64,000 nucleotides of DNA from Laetmonice hystrix (lineage: Eukaryota). How positions within the stretch are numbered: position 1 is the first letter of the stretch; the number at the start of each line of letters is the position of its first letter. Both the position numbers and the translations under genes were made by a program. The DNA is taken from the NCBI GenBank assembly GCA_965235115.1, contig OZ249436.1:46440001-46504000 (forward strand), written 5' to 3'. The notes under the pieces were generated by a model. The model searched no databases and was not told where the DNA came from. It saw only the letters and a program-made list of their open reading frames with translations. Shown piece after piece: positions 35,301-46,895 of this stretch.

Positions 35301-38300
35301 GGTGGAATCATCACGTACACCCTGCCGGGCTGGCAGGCACCTGTGGCCCTTAGGCGAGAGACCGGTTAAAACAAGGATAAGCGAAAAATGGCTACATTTT
35401 TGATACGTCAAATTGAAACTACGGCCCCCAAAATTATTATTCTTAGGCCAGATGTATAACTGTCAAGCGTATAGGTCTCGTACGTTCGCTACAGATATAT
35501 GGTTGTGATGTGTACACTTCCCATTTGAGTATCTTCTCGAGATTTTAACATTAGATGCTCCTCGCCTGTACCTTTCATTTCCACTACCTCACTGTAGTGT
35601 TTGCATGGCTACTATAGGCCAGCTGGTAAGATGTAGGGACTTCTCACTCTACTGGTTCGCCTCCCACACTGCTTGGCTCCACAGTGTAGGCCTACTCTTT
35701 GGCCTCACTGTACTCTTTGGCCTCACTGTAGTGTTCGTTTGGGTGCTAGGCCAGCCAGTATACCTTGTAGCGATTCCTCCCCGTACTGTTTGGCCTCCCT
35801 GTACCGTTTGCTTGTATACAAGAGTAGCCAGTAGTATAGGGACGCCTCATGTTTCAGTTTCCATGCCTTTATTGTCCAGGAGGCAGGACATACGTTTCGT
35901 CTATCCTCTACTCCCATCTTATCTGTGTCCCCTACAGACCATCTGTAAGCGTCCGACAACGTTGTCAGGTCGTCCCAATGACTGTTTGCCGTCAAGGTTT
36001 AGTTAACAATGGCAAATGACGTTGTACGCCTATTCTATATCAGATATCCCATCCCCAAGTAACAAACAAACAAACAAAGGATGATTACCCAGAGATTTTG
36101 ATGGCAGAAAACACCAGGGTGCAGCTGACGGCGCTGACTGCACTGCCGCCTTCCGGCCAGCGGTGGAATCACCACGTACACCTGGCCGGGCTGGCAGGCA
36201 CCTGTGGCCCTTAGGCGAGAGACAGGTTAAAGCAAGAATGAGCGAAAAATGGCTACATTTTTGATACGTCAAATTGAAACTACGGCCCCCAAAATTATTA
36301 TTCTTAGGCCAGATGTATAACTGTCAAGCGTATAGGTCTCGTACGTTCGCTACAGATATATGGTTGTGATGTGTACACTTCCCATTTGAGTATCTTCTCG
36401 ACATTTTAACATTAGATGCTCCTCGCCTGTACCTTACATTTCCACTACCTCACTGTAGTGTTTGCATGGCTACTATAGGCCAGATGGTAAGATGTAGGGA
36501 CTTCTCACTCTACTGGTTGGCCTCCCACACTGCTTGGCTCCATAGTGTACTGTTTGGCCTCGCTGTACTCTTTGGCCTCACTGTAGTGTTCGTTTGGGTG
36601 CTAGGCCAGCCAGTATACCTTGTAGCGATTCCTCCCCGTACTGTTTGGCCTCCCTGTACCGTTTGCTTGTATGCAAGAGTAGCCAGTAGTATAGGGACGC
36701 CTCATGTTTCAGTTTTCATGCCTTTATTGTCCAGGAGGCAGGCCATACATTTCGTCTATCATCTACTCCCATCTAATCTGTGTCCCCTACAAACCATCTG
36801 TAAGCGTCCGACAACGTTGTCAGGTCGTCCCAATGACTATTTGCCGTCAAGGTTTAGTTAACAATGGCACATGACCTGGTACGCCTATTCTATATGAGAT
36901 ATCCCATCCCCAAGTAACAAACAAACAAAGGATGATTACCCAGAGATTTTGCCGGCAGAAAACACCAGGGTGCAGCTGACGGCGCTGACTGCACTGCCGC
37001 CTTCCGGCCAGCGGTGGAATCACCACGTACACCTGGCCGGGCTGGCAGGCACCTGTGGCCCTTAGGGGAGAGACAGGTTAAAGCAATGATAAGCGAAAAA
37101 TGGCTACATTTTTGATACGTCAAATTGAAACTACGGCCCCCAAAATTATTATTCTTAGGCCAGATGTATAACTGTCAAGCGTATAGGTCTCGTACGTTCG
37201 CTACAGATATATGGTTGTGATGTGTACACTTCCCATTTGAGTATCTTCTCGACATTTTAACATTAGATGCTCCTCGCCTGTACCTTACATTTCCACTACC
37301 TCACTGTAGTGTTTGCATGGCTACTATATGCCAGATGGTAAGATGTAGGGACTTCTCACTCTACTGGTTGGCCTCCCACACGGCTTGGCTCCACAGTGTA
37401 CTGTTTGGCCTCACTGTACTCTTTGGCCTCACTGTAGTGTTCGTTTGGGTGCTAGGCCAGCCAGTATACCTTGTAGCGATTCCTCCCCGTACTGTTTGGC
37501 CTCCCTGTACCGTTTGCTTGTATACAAGAGTAGCCAGTAGTATAGGGACGCCTCATGTTTCAGTTTCCATGCCTTTATTGTCCAGGAGGCAGGACATACG
37601 TTTCGTCTATCATCTACTCCCATCTTATCTGTGTCCCCTACAGACCATCTGTAAGCGTCCGACAACGTTGTCAGGTCGTCCCAATGACTGTTTGCCGTCA
37701 AGGTTTAGTTAACAATGGCAAATGACGTTGTACGCCTATTCTATATCAGATATCCCATCCCCAAGTAACAAACAAACAAACAAAGGATGATTACCCAGAG
37801 ATGTTGCCGGCAGAAAACACCAAGGTGCAGCTGACGGCGCTGACTGCACTGCCGCCTTCCGGACAGCGGTGGAATCACCACGTACACCTGGCCGGGCTGG
37901 CAGGCACCTGTGGCCCTTAGGCGAGAGACAGGTTAAAGCAATGATAAGCGAAAAATGGCTACATTTTTGATACGTCAAATTGAAACTACGGCCCCCAAAA
38001 TTATTATTCTTAGGCCAGATGTATAACTGTCAAGCGTATAGGTCTCGTACGTTCGCTACAGATATATGGTTGTGATGTGTACACTTCCCATTTGAGTATC
38101 TTCTCCAGATTTTAACATTAGATGCTCCTCGCCTGTACCTTTCATTTCCACTACCTCACTGTAGTGTTTGCATGGCTACTATAGGCCAGCTGATAAGATG
38201 TAGGGACTTCTCACTCTACTGGTTGGCCTCCCACACTGCTTAATTGGCTCCACAGTGTACTGTTTGGCCTCACTGTACTCTTTGGCCTCACTGTAGTTTT

Positions 38301-41300
38301 CGTTTGGGTGCTAGGCCAGCCAGTATACCTTGTACCGATTCCTCCCCGTACTGTTTGGCCTCCCTGTACCGTTTGCTTGTATACAAGAGTAGCCAGTAGT
38401 ATAGGGACGCCTCATGTTTCAGTTTCCATGCCTTTATTGTCCAGGAGGCAGGACATACGTTTCGTCTATCATCTACTCCTATCTTATCTGTGTCCCCTAC
38501 AGACCATCTGTAAGCGTCCGACAACGTTGTCAGGTCGTCCCAATGACTGTTTGCCGTCAAGGTTTAGTTAACAATGGCAAATGACGTTGTACGCCTATTC
38601 TATATCAGATATCCCATCCCCAAGTAACAAACAAACAAACAAAGGATGATTACCCAGAGATTTTGCCGGCAGAAAACACCAGGGTGCAGCTGACGGCGCT
38701 GACTGCACTGCCGCCTTCCGGCCAGCGGTGGAATCATCACGTACACCCTGCCGGGCTGGCAGGCACCTGTGGCCCTTAGGCGAGAGACCGGTTAAAACAA
38801 GGATAAGCGAAAAATGGCTACATTTTTGATACGTCAAATTGAAACTACGGCCCCCAAAATTATTATTCTTAGGCCAGATGTATAACTGTCAAGCGTATAG
38901 GTCTCGTACGTTCGCTACAGATATATGGTTGTGATGTGTACACTTCCCATTTGAGTATCTTCTCGAGATTTTAACATTAGATGCTCCTCGCCTGTACCTT
39001 TCATTTCCACTACCTCACTGTAGTGTTTGCATGGCTACTATAGGCCAGCTGGTAAGATGTAGGGACTTCTCACTCTACTGGTTCGCCTCCCACACTGCTT
39101 GGCTCCACAGTGTAGGCCTACTCTTCGGCCTCACTGTACTCTTTGGCCTCACTGTAGTGTTCGTTTGGGTGCTAGGCCAGCCAGTATACCTTGTAGCGAT
39201 TCCTCCCCGTACTGTTTGGCCTCCCTGTACCGTTTGCTTGTATACAAGAGTAGCCAGTAGTATAGGGACGCCTCATGTTTCAGTTTCCATGCCTTTATTG
39301 TCCAGGAGGCAGGACATACGTTTCGTCTATCATCTACTCCCATCTTATCTGTGTCCCCTACAGACCATCTGTAAGCGTCCGACAACGTTGTCAGGTCGTC
39401 CCAATGACTGTTTGCCGTCAAGGTTTAGTTAACAATGGCAAATGACGTTGTACGCCTATTCTATATCAGATATCCCATCCCCAAGTAACAAACAAACAAA
39501 CAAAGGATGATTACCCAGAGATTTTGATGGCAGAAAACACCAGGGTGCAGCTGACGGCGCTGACTGCACTGCCGCCTTCCGGCCAGCGGTGGAATCACCA
39601 CGTACACCTGGCCGGGCTGGCAGGCACCTGTGGCCCTTAGGCGAGAGACAGGTTAAAGCAAGAATAAGCGAAAAATGGCTACATTTTTGATACGTCAAAT
39701 TGAAACTACGGCCCCCAAAATTATTATTCTTAGGCCAGATGTATAACTGTCAAGCGTATAGGTCTCGTACGTTCGCTACAGATATATGGTTGTGATGTGT
39801 ACACTTCCCATTTGAGTATCTTCTCGACATTTTAACATTAGATGCTCCTCGCCTGTACCTTACATTTCCACTACCTCACTGTAGTGTTTGCATGGCTACT
39901 ATAGGCCAGATGGTAAGATGTAGGGACTTCTCACTCTACTGGTTGGCCTCCCACACTGCTTGGCTCCATAGTGTACTGTTTGGCCTCGCTGTACTCTTTG
40001 GCCTCACTGTAGTGTTCGTTTGGGTGCTAGGCCAGCCAGTATACCTTGTAGCGATTCCTCCCCGTACTGTTTGGCCTCCCTGTACCGTTTGCTTGTATGC
40101 AAGAGTAGCCAGTAGTATAGGGACGCCTCATGTTTCAGTTTCCATGCCTTTATTGTCCAGGAGGCAGGCCATACGTTTCGTCTATTCTCTACTCCCATCT
40201 AATCTGTGTCCCCTACAGACCATCTGTAAGCGTCCGACAACGTTGTCAGGTCGTCCCAATGACTGTTTGCCGTCAAGGTTTAGTTAACGATGGCAAATGA
40301 CGTGGTACGCCTATTCTATATCAGATATCCCATCCCCAAGTAACAAACAAACAAACAAAGGATGATTACCCAGAGATTTTGCCGGCAGAAAACACCAGGG
40401 TGCAGCTGACGGCGCTGACTGCACTGCCGCCTTCCGGACAGCGGTGGAATCACCACGTACACCTGGCCGGGCTGGCAGGCACCTGTGGCCCTTAGGCGAG
40501 AGACAGGTTAAAGCAATGATAAGCGAAAAAGGGCTACATTTTTGATACGTCAAATTGAAACTACGGCCCCCAAAATTATTATTCTTAGGCCAGATGTATA
40601 ACTGTCAAGCGTATAGGTCTCGTACGTTCGCTACAGATATATGGTTGTGATGTGTACACTTCCCATTTGAGTATCTTCTCCAGATTTTAACATTAGATGC
40701 TCCTCGCCTGTACCTTTCATTTCCACTACCTCACTGTAGTGTTTGCATGGCTACTATAGGCCAGCTGATAAGATGTAGGGACTTCTCACTCTACTGGTTG
40801 GCCTCCCACACTGCTTAATTGGCTCCACAGTGTACTGTTTGGCCTCACTGTACTCTTTGGCCTCACTGTAGTTTTCGTTTGGGTGCTAGGCCAGCCAGTA
40901 TACCTTGTACCGATTCCTCCCCGTACTGTTTGGCCTCCCTGTACCGTTTGCTTGTATACAAGAGTAGCCAGTAGTATAGGGACGCCTCATGTTTCAGTTT
41001 CCATGCCTTTATTGTCCAGGAGGCAGGACATACGTTTCGTCTATCATCTACTCCTATCTTATCTGTGTCCCCTACAGACCATCTGTAAGCGTCCGACAAC
41101 GTTGTCAGGTCGTCCCAATGACTGTTTGCCGTCAAGGTTTAGTTAACAATGGCAAATGACGTTGTACGCCTATTCTATATCAGATATCCCATCCCCAAGT
41201 AACAAACAAACAAACAAAGGATGATTACCCAGAGATTTTGCCGGCAGAAAACACCAGGGTGCAGCTGACGGCGCTGACTGCACTGCCGCCTTCCGGCCAG

Positions 41301-42810
41301 CGGTGGAATCATCACGTACACCCTGCCGGGCTGGCAGGCACCTGTGGCCCTTAGGCGAGAGACCGGTTAAAACAAGGATAAGCGAAAAATGGCTACATTT
41401 TTGATACGTCAAATTGAAACTACGGCCCCCAAAATTATTATTCTTAGGCCAGATGTATAACTGTCAAGCGTATAGGTCTCGTACGTTCGCTACAGATATA
41501 TGGTTGTGATGTGTACACTTCCCATTTGAGTATCTTCTCCAGATTTTAACATTAGATGCTCCTCGCCTGTACCTTTCATTTCCACTACCTCACTGTAGTG
41601 TTTGCATGGCTACTATAGGCCAGCTGGTAAGATGTAGGGACTTCTCACTCTACTGGTTCGCCTCCCACACTGCTTGGCTCCACAGTGTAGGCCTACTCTT
41701 TGGCCTCACTGTACTCTTTGGCCTCACTGTAGTGTTCGTTTGGGTGCTAGGCCAGCCAGTATACCTTGTAGCGATTCCTCCCCGTACTGTTTGGCCTCCC
41801 TGTACCGTTTGCTTGTATACAAGAGTAGCCAGTAGTATAGGGACGCCTCATGTTTCAGTTTCCATGCCTTTATTGTCCAGGAGGCAGGACATACGTTTCG
41901 TCTATCATCTACTCCCATCTTATCTGTGTCCCCTACAGACCATCTGTAAGCGTCCGACAACGTTGTCAGGTCGTCCCAATGACTGTTTGCCGTCAAGGTT
42001 TAGTTAACAATGGCAAATGACGTTGTACGCCTATTCTATATCAGATATCCCATCCCCAAGTAACAAACAAACAAACAAAGGATGATTACCCAGAGATTTT
42101 GCCGGCAGAAAACACCAGGGTGCAGCTGACGGCGCTGACTGCACTGCCGCCTTCCGGCCAGCGGTGGAATCACCACGTACACCTGGCCGGGCTGGCAGGC
42201 ACCTGTGGCCCTTAGGCGATAGACAGGTTAAAGCAATGATAAGCGAAAAATGGCTACATTTTTGATACGTCAAATTGAAACTACGGCCCCCAAAATTATT
42301 ATTCTTAGGCCAGATGTATAACTGTCAAGCGTATAGGTCTCGTACGTTCGCTACAGATATATGGTTGTGATGTGTACACTTCCCATTTGAGTATCTTCTC
42401 GAGATTTTAACATTAGATGCTCCTCGCCTGTACCTTTCATTTCCACTACCTCACTGTAGTGTTTGCATGGCTACTATAGGCCAGCTGGTAAGATGTAGGG
42501 ACTTCTCACTCTACTGGTTCGCCTCCCACACTGCTTGGCTCCACAGTGTAGGCCTACTCTTTGGCCTCACTGTACTCTTTGGCCTCACTGTAGTGTTCGT
42601 TTGGGTGCTAGGCCAGCCAGTATACCTTGTAGCGATTCCTCCCCGTACTGTTTGGCCTCCCTGTACCGTTTGCTTGTATACAAGAGTAGCCAGTAGTATA
42701 GGGACGCCTCATGTTTCAGTTTTCATGCCTTTATTGTCCAGGAGGCAGGCCATACATTTCGTCTATCATCTACTCCCATCTAATCTGTGTCCCCTACAAA
42801 CCATCTGTAA
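23326..42810. repeat. ~857-bp satellite array, block 1 (~23 monomers)
   Basis: Head-to-tail monomers beginning aactgtcaagcgtataggtctcgtacg, period ~851-861 bp; the same short ORFs recur with this period. Confidence 0.98.
23593..23728 (-). mobile_element. Second copy of the SINE-like element, inserted in the first satellite monomer
   Basis: Near-identical to 13681-13820; interrupts the monomer sequence ctcactgta|gtgttcg. Confidence 0.75.
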
Positions 42811-43803
42811 AGTGCCAGATCCACTAAGCCGAATCTCTTGCGAATTTGCCGTCGCGCCGAATTCGCATGATCTCATGAGCTGTCGGCGCGAATTCCGCTG
42901 TAGTGGATCAGGTATTCGCATGAGATTCGCACGATCTCATGCGAATTCGCTTGGCCATGAGAATGCCAACCGACAAAATGCCAACGTAAATGACACGTAT
43001 TTCTTGCGAATTTGCCGTCGCGCCGAATTCGCCTAATCTTATGAGCTGTCGGCGTGCAAATCGCTGTAGTGGATCAGGCGTTCGGTTGAGATTTGCATGT
43101 CGCATGGGAATTCGCGTGGCCATGAGAATGCAAAGCGAAAATATTCAAACGTTTAGAAATGTTCGCATGGCTCGCTTGTGATCGCTTCACTTCTCCAAGA
43201 TAGCCAACTTTGCTGTCCGGGCGGCGTTTTTAGTTACCGAGATTGATACTAGGTGGCAGGGGCCGGTCATGACCAAATCTGGGATCGTACACAAACCAGC
43301 GACAACTTGGTCGCTTTTGGCACGGTGGTTTGAGCTCTTCCGTCAGCTGTGACAGGGAGGAGGCCTACGTTAGCCGGTCGCCACGCTCGCAGTTATGCGA
43401 ATACCTACCGCCTGTGGCGAGTTCCACTGCCAAAACCCAGCCCGGTCACTCTACAAGGCCGTAGTCTACTACGCCCTGCCTAGGTCGCGCCGGTGTGGCG
43501 TAGGCCTGTAGCTTCTGCCGTACTGTACATTCCGCTCAGCCATAGATACTATACCCTGCTTGGAGCCATCACTGACCGAGACTTGGACGCACCAAGTCCC
43601 GTCAGCATGAAGTTGACCTCTCGGTGTCCTGCCGCGAAAGCTTCTTTAACTGGCATAATCCAGCTAGTTTTCCATTTTACACAGAATACGTACGCCCGAT
43701 ACTTACAATAACCCCTGGTGGCACTACAAATGTTTAGATTGGGTTTTATAAAAATACAATTTAAATAAGTACACAATCGTGTACGATTGCCCAGTGCCCG
43801 ACA

Positions 43804-44141
43804 AGTCACGGCCAGAGAGACCGGCTGCCCAACTGCACTCTTGCGGCTATTGGTGCGTGCAAGTCCCGGTCAGTGACAGCTCCCATTGCAGCCGGGAAGG
43901 TGCCTGAGCGGAATGTACAGTACAACGGTAGCTAGAGTACGCCACACCGACCCTCAGTGCCAGTGTACTATGAAATATTGAGTCACGGCCAGAGAGACCG
44001 GCTGCCCAACTGCACTCTTGCGGCTATTGGTGCGTGCAAGTCCCGGTCAGTGACAGCTCCCATTGCAGCCGGGAAGGTGCCTGAGCGGAATGTACAGTAC
44101 AACGGTAGCTAGAGTACGCCACACCGACCCTCAGTGCCAGT
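43804..44141. repeat. 177-bp tandem duplication; the second copy is interrupted by the ERV
   Basis: agtcacggccagagag..cagtgccagtgtactatgaaatattg starts at 43804 and 43981; the second copy resumes at 52595. Confidence 0.9.
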
Positions 44142-44970
44142 TGTCACCTCACCATCTCCTCGGCCGCATGAAGAGAGTGAAAGCAACATTAGGCCGACGG
44201 GCCTCTGAACAATGGTTGGCTATACACAGCCAGGCTATCTATGTAAGATAGCCCTAGGCTATGCCCATCGTTGCAGAGATCCGTCGCCTGTTGGACGTGC
44301 GGTCACCACTTGGAGTAGATGGGCTCCAAGTCCCATAGAGAAGTGAAACGCTGAACTCAGTAGTGAAGATAGTTGGCAGCAATACTAACCAACACCACAG
44401 GGGATTTCGTTTATTCTACAGAATGGTCCGCCTTATATACGAATCCATGTTGTTTACAGGAGATTTTGTTGTACTTTGTTAATGTTCCTGCGACTCCTAA
44501 CTGTAAACTATTCCTTGGTTCATAATGTGCATGTTGGTAGTTAAAGCAAAACATTTATCGTTAGATTCGGTCTCATGATGATGAATCATCCTTACTGACG
44601 TAACTATTGACGTAATTGCTCTTACTAATATATTTCACAATATCTTGTGACTCTTACATTATCGGGGGAGGGGGTCGATCTGGTTTGAACTGGATTGCCA
44701 TGACGTCAGTCAGCGGAGGGAACATCAGAGCATGATGTTTATCTAAGCGAGGCTGCTGCGTCCATTACTATCAGCGTTGTACTGATAAGGGATCACAGGC
44801 AGCACTATACTTCCATACATTTCGGTTGAATATATATATATGACTAAATACATGCTTAAATATACTACCTATAAAGTATAACTTATAAAGTACGACTTGA
44901 TATATTTAACGTATAAAACTCTCAATATATTTAACGTATAAAACTCTCAATTAAATTCTCAATCCTAACA
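44142..44970 (-). repeat. 3' LTR
   Basis: tgtcacctc...atcctaaca; appears identical to 51762-52590 (offset 7620); adjacent to the PPT. Confidence 0.96.
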
Positions 44971-44987
44971 TTCCTCCCTTCCTTTTT
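44971..44987 (-). promoter_or_regulatory. Polypurine tract
   Basis: Minus strand AAAAAGGAAGGGAGGAA abutting the 3' LTR. Confidence 0.9.
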
Positions 44988-45092
44988 GAAGTTTTGGTGC
45001 ACAAAACTTAAAATGTAACATTTGCGGAGAGCAACTGATAATTGCAATAATATACTAACTTAACTCTAAGCATAGGATATACGCAAGAAATG

Positions 45093-46895
45093 CTAAGTTG
45101 CAAAAGAAAAGACTGTATCGTCTGTCATGGTTGACATCTCGATGGAACCGATCTGGTGTCCATGCTGAAGGTTAGATGACTCCGGACGAGTACGTCTAGC
45201 TTTACACTTCTTACGAATAAAGTATATAACAAGCGCAGCAATAAGCACAAAGCAAAATATTACAGCGACCACTAGACCAGTAGGCCAGTGACCAGTCCAA
45301 CGGATCAGATCTAGCGAGTTGCTGAAATCTACCGGATCCAAGGTATCAGATGGGATTCCTGTAACTTCCAGTCGAGGGTGAAAAGGTAATAGTTTAGGCA
45401 TTTCAACTTCCATTGTAGGTGGCACAGAAAAAGATAGGTTAACCACTGTCGGCGGATCATACGTTAAAACAACATCTAAATGAAAAGACTTAATGCCGTG
45501 AGTGGTAAAGTTCAATGTGTCAATGTTGCACCGGGGGTGCACCCACCAAAGTTCAGTGTTGTCAACCATTAACTGTTCATGGCGTCGACTGTCACATCTC
45601 AGTGTCACACTAGATGGGATGGCACCAGGCACAACCACCCACTCGTTGGTCCGATAAGGATACACAGCGAATGGACCGTTTGGAGCCGTTACTTCAAGTT
45701 TACACAGATTCGGCGTGCCACTTATAACACCTAACTCGCATGCCTGCTTTTCAATCTTGTCAAAAACACACAGTTTGTTGGTAACACCTCGACAAAGGGC
45801 TGGAAGTCCCAGAAATTGTCGTTTGGCGTCTGTAACCACAGAGCGCCGCACTTTCGCTGTCGTCATAAAGTTTCTCTTATGGACCGGATAAGACTGTACA
45901 TCCCATTCCTCATACACGTCTTTTGACCGGCTCCACAGGCTAACAGAAAACACAATTCGTGACTCGGAAATCTCCACTAGTCGAAGGGGAGAGTAAACGT
46001 AATACCAAAGTATTGGCATCGGTAGGCTGCGCATGCGCTGCAAAACCGTTTGGAGGTGCGACCTCCCGCATAATTCCTCCGTCAAGCGCCCTTGCTTGAC
46101 GAGTTCAGCCGTTTTTCGATATAACACCCATTCCGCCGTGGAATGCTGCAGCGCACGCTCTACCTTCTCGAACAAAGTACGTACTTGAACGGTAATCCAC
46201 AGACGATGTAACTTCAATGCGACCTCACCTTGGAGTTTCTTGGCTATTACCTCGATACTGTGCTCCAACTCTCGAGAGCGATTTACTAGAAGGGAAATGT
46301 CATTATGATTTTCACTAACAAAATGTCGTGTATTATTAATAACACTTAGAAGGCGTTGTTGATTGTGGTAAACTGTCTGGGTTTGGCGTTGGGCAGCTGA
46401 GAGGCCAGCACTCAAGGCGACAACCTCCTCTTGGGTAGCTAATCCAAAGAGAAAGTTACCGGCTTTACCGACGAAGTCGAACAACCCTCGACGCCTCCTG
46501 GAGGTTGGCCTACCTCCTGTTGGCGACTCAGGTGGCGCTGACGCAGTTGACATCGGGAGGATGGTGAGATGAGTCAACTTGTGTGGAGTAAAGGACCATG
46601 ACTCGGCTCGCTTGTTCAAGTCATGCCACACATCGGCTGACAACGCCAGTCGTATATCTCTGGAATATAACAAATGAATGGCCTCTGCCCGCCATCTAGT
46701 AAGTGGTGGTATCTTTGGTGCTTTTGTTACAACTACTACAGTCCAGGATTCATCGACAGGATACACATCAGCGGTTTTCCGGACTAGAATTCCACTGGGC
46801 ATCGGGTGTCTCCGTATTACATCACCGTAGACGTTCAGTACATCGCTGTAGACGTTCACACACAGGAGAACGTACGTGTAGAGACAACAGCGCAT
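45093..46895 (-). CDS. env: Envelope glycoprotein, class I fusion protein of baculovirus-F/errantivirus type, 600 aa
   Basis: Signal-like hydrophobic N-terminus, furin site RRRR followed by fusion-peptide-like GLFDFVGKAGNFLFGLA, helical/heptad region, Cys-rich ectodomain, N-glycosylation sequons, TM GLVVAVIFCFVLIAALVIYFI with basic stop-transfer RKKCK. Lies between pol and the 3' LTR. Confidence 0.9.
   Translation of the reverse strand: MRCCLYTYVLLCVNVYSDVLNVYGDVIRRHPMPSGILVRKTADVYPVDESWTVVVVTKAPKIPPLTRWRAEAIHLLYSRDIRLALSADVWHDLNKRAESWSFTPHKLTHLTILPMSTASAPPESPTGGRPTSRRRRGLFDFVGKAGNFLFGLATQEEVVALSAGLSAAQRQTQTVYHNQQRLLSVINNTRHFVSENHNDISLLVNRSRELEHSIEVIAKKLQGEVALKLHRLWITVQVRTLFEKVERALQHSTAEWVLYRKTAELVKQGRLTEELCGRSHLQTVLQRMRSLPMPILWYYVYSPLRLVEISESRIVFSVSLWSRSKDVYEEWDVQSYPVHKRNFMTTAKVRRSVVTDAKRQFLGLPALCRGVTNKLCVFDKIEKQACELGVISGTPNLCKLEVTAPNGPFAVYPYRTNEWVVVPGAIPSSVTLRCDSRRHEQLMVDNTELWWVHPRCNIDTLNFTTHGIKSFHLDVVLTYDPPTVVNLSFSVPPTMEVEMPKLLPFHPRLEVTGIPSDTLDPVDFSNSLDLIRWTGHWPTGLVVAVIFCFVLIAALVIYFIRKKCKARRTRPESSNLQHGHQIGSIEMSTMTDDTVFSFAT

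Noticed and set aside
44296..44309. PBS-like gcggtcacca inside the LTR
   Set aside because: Only a 10-nt match with no positional support for a role in priming.
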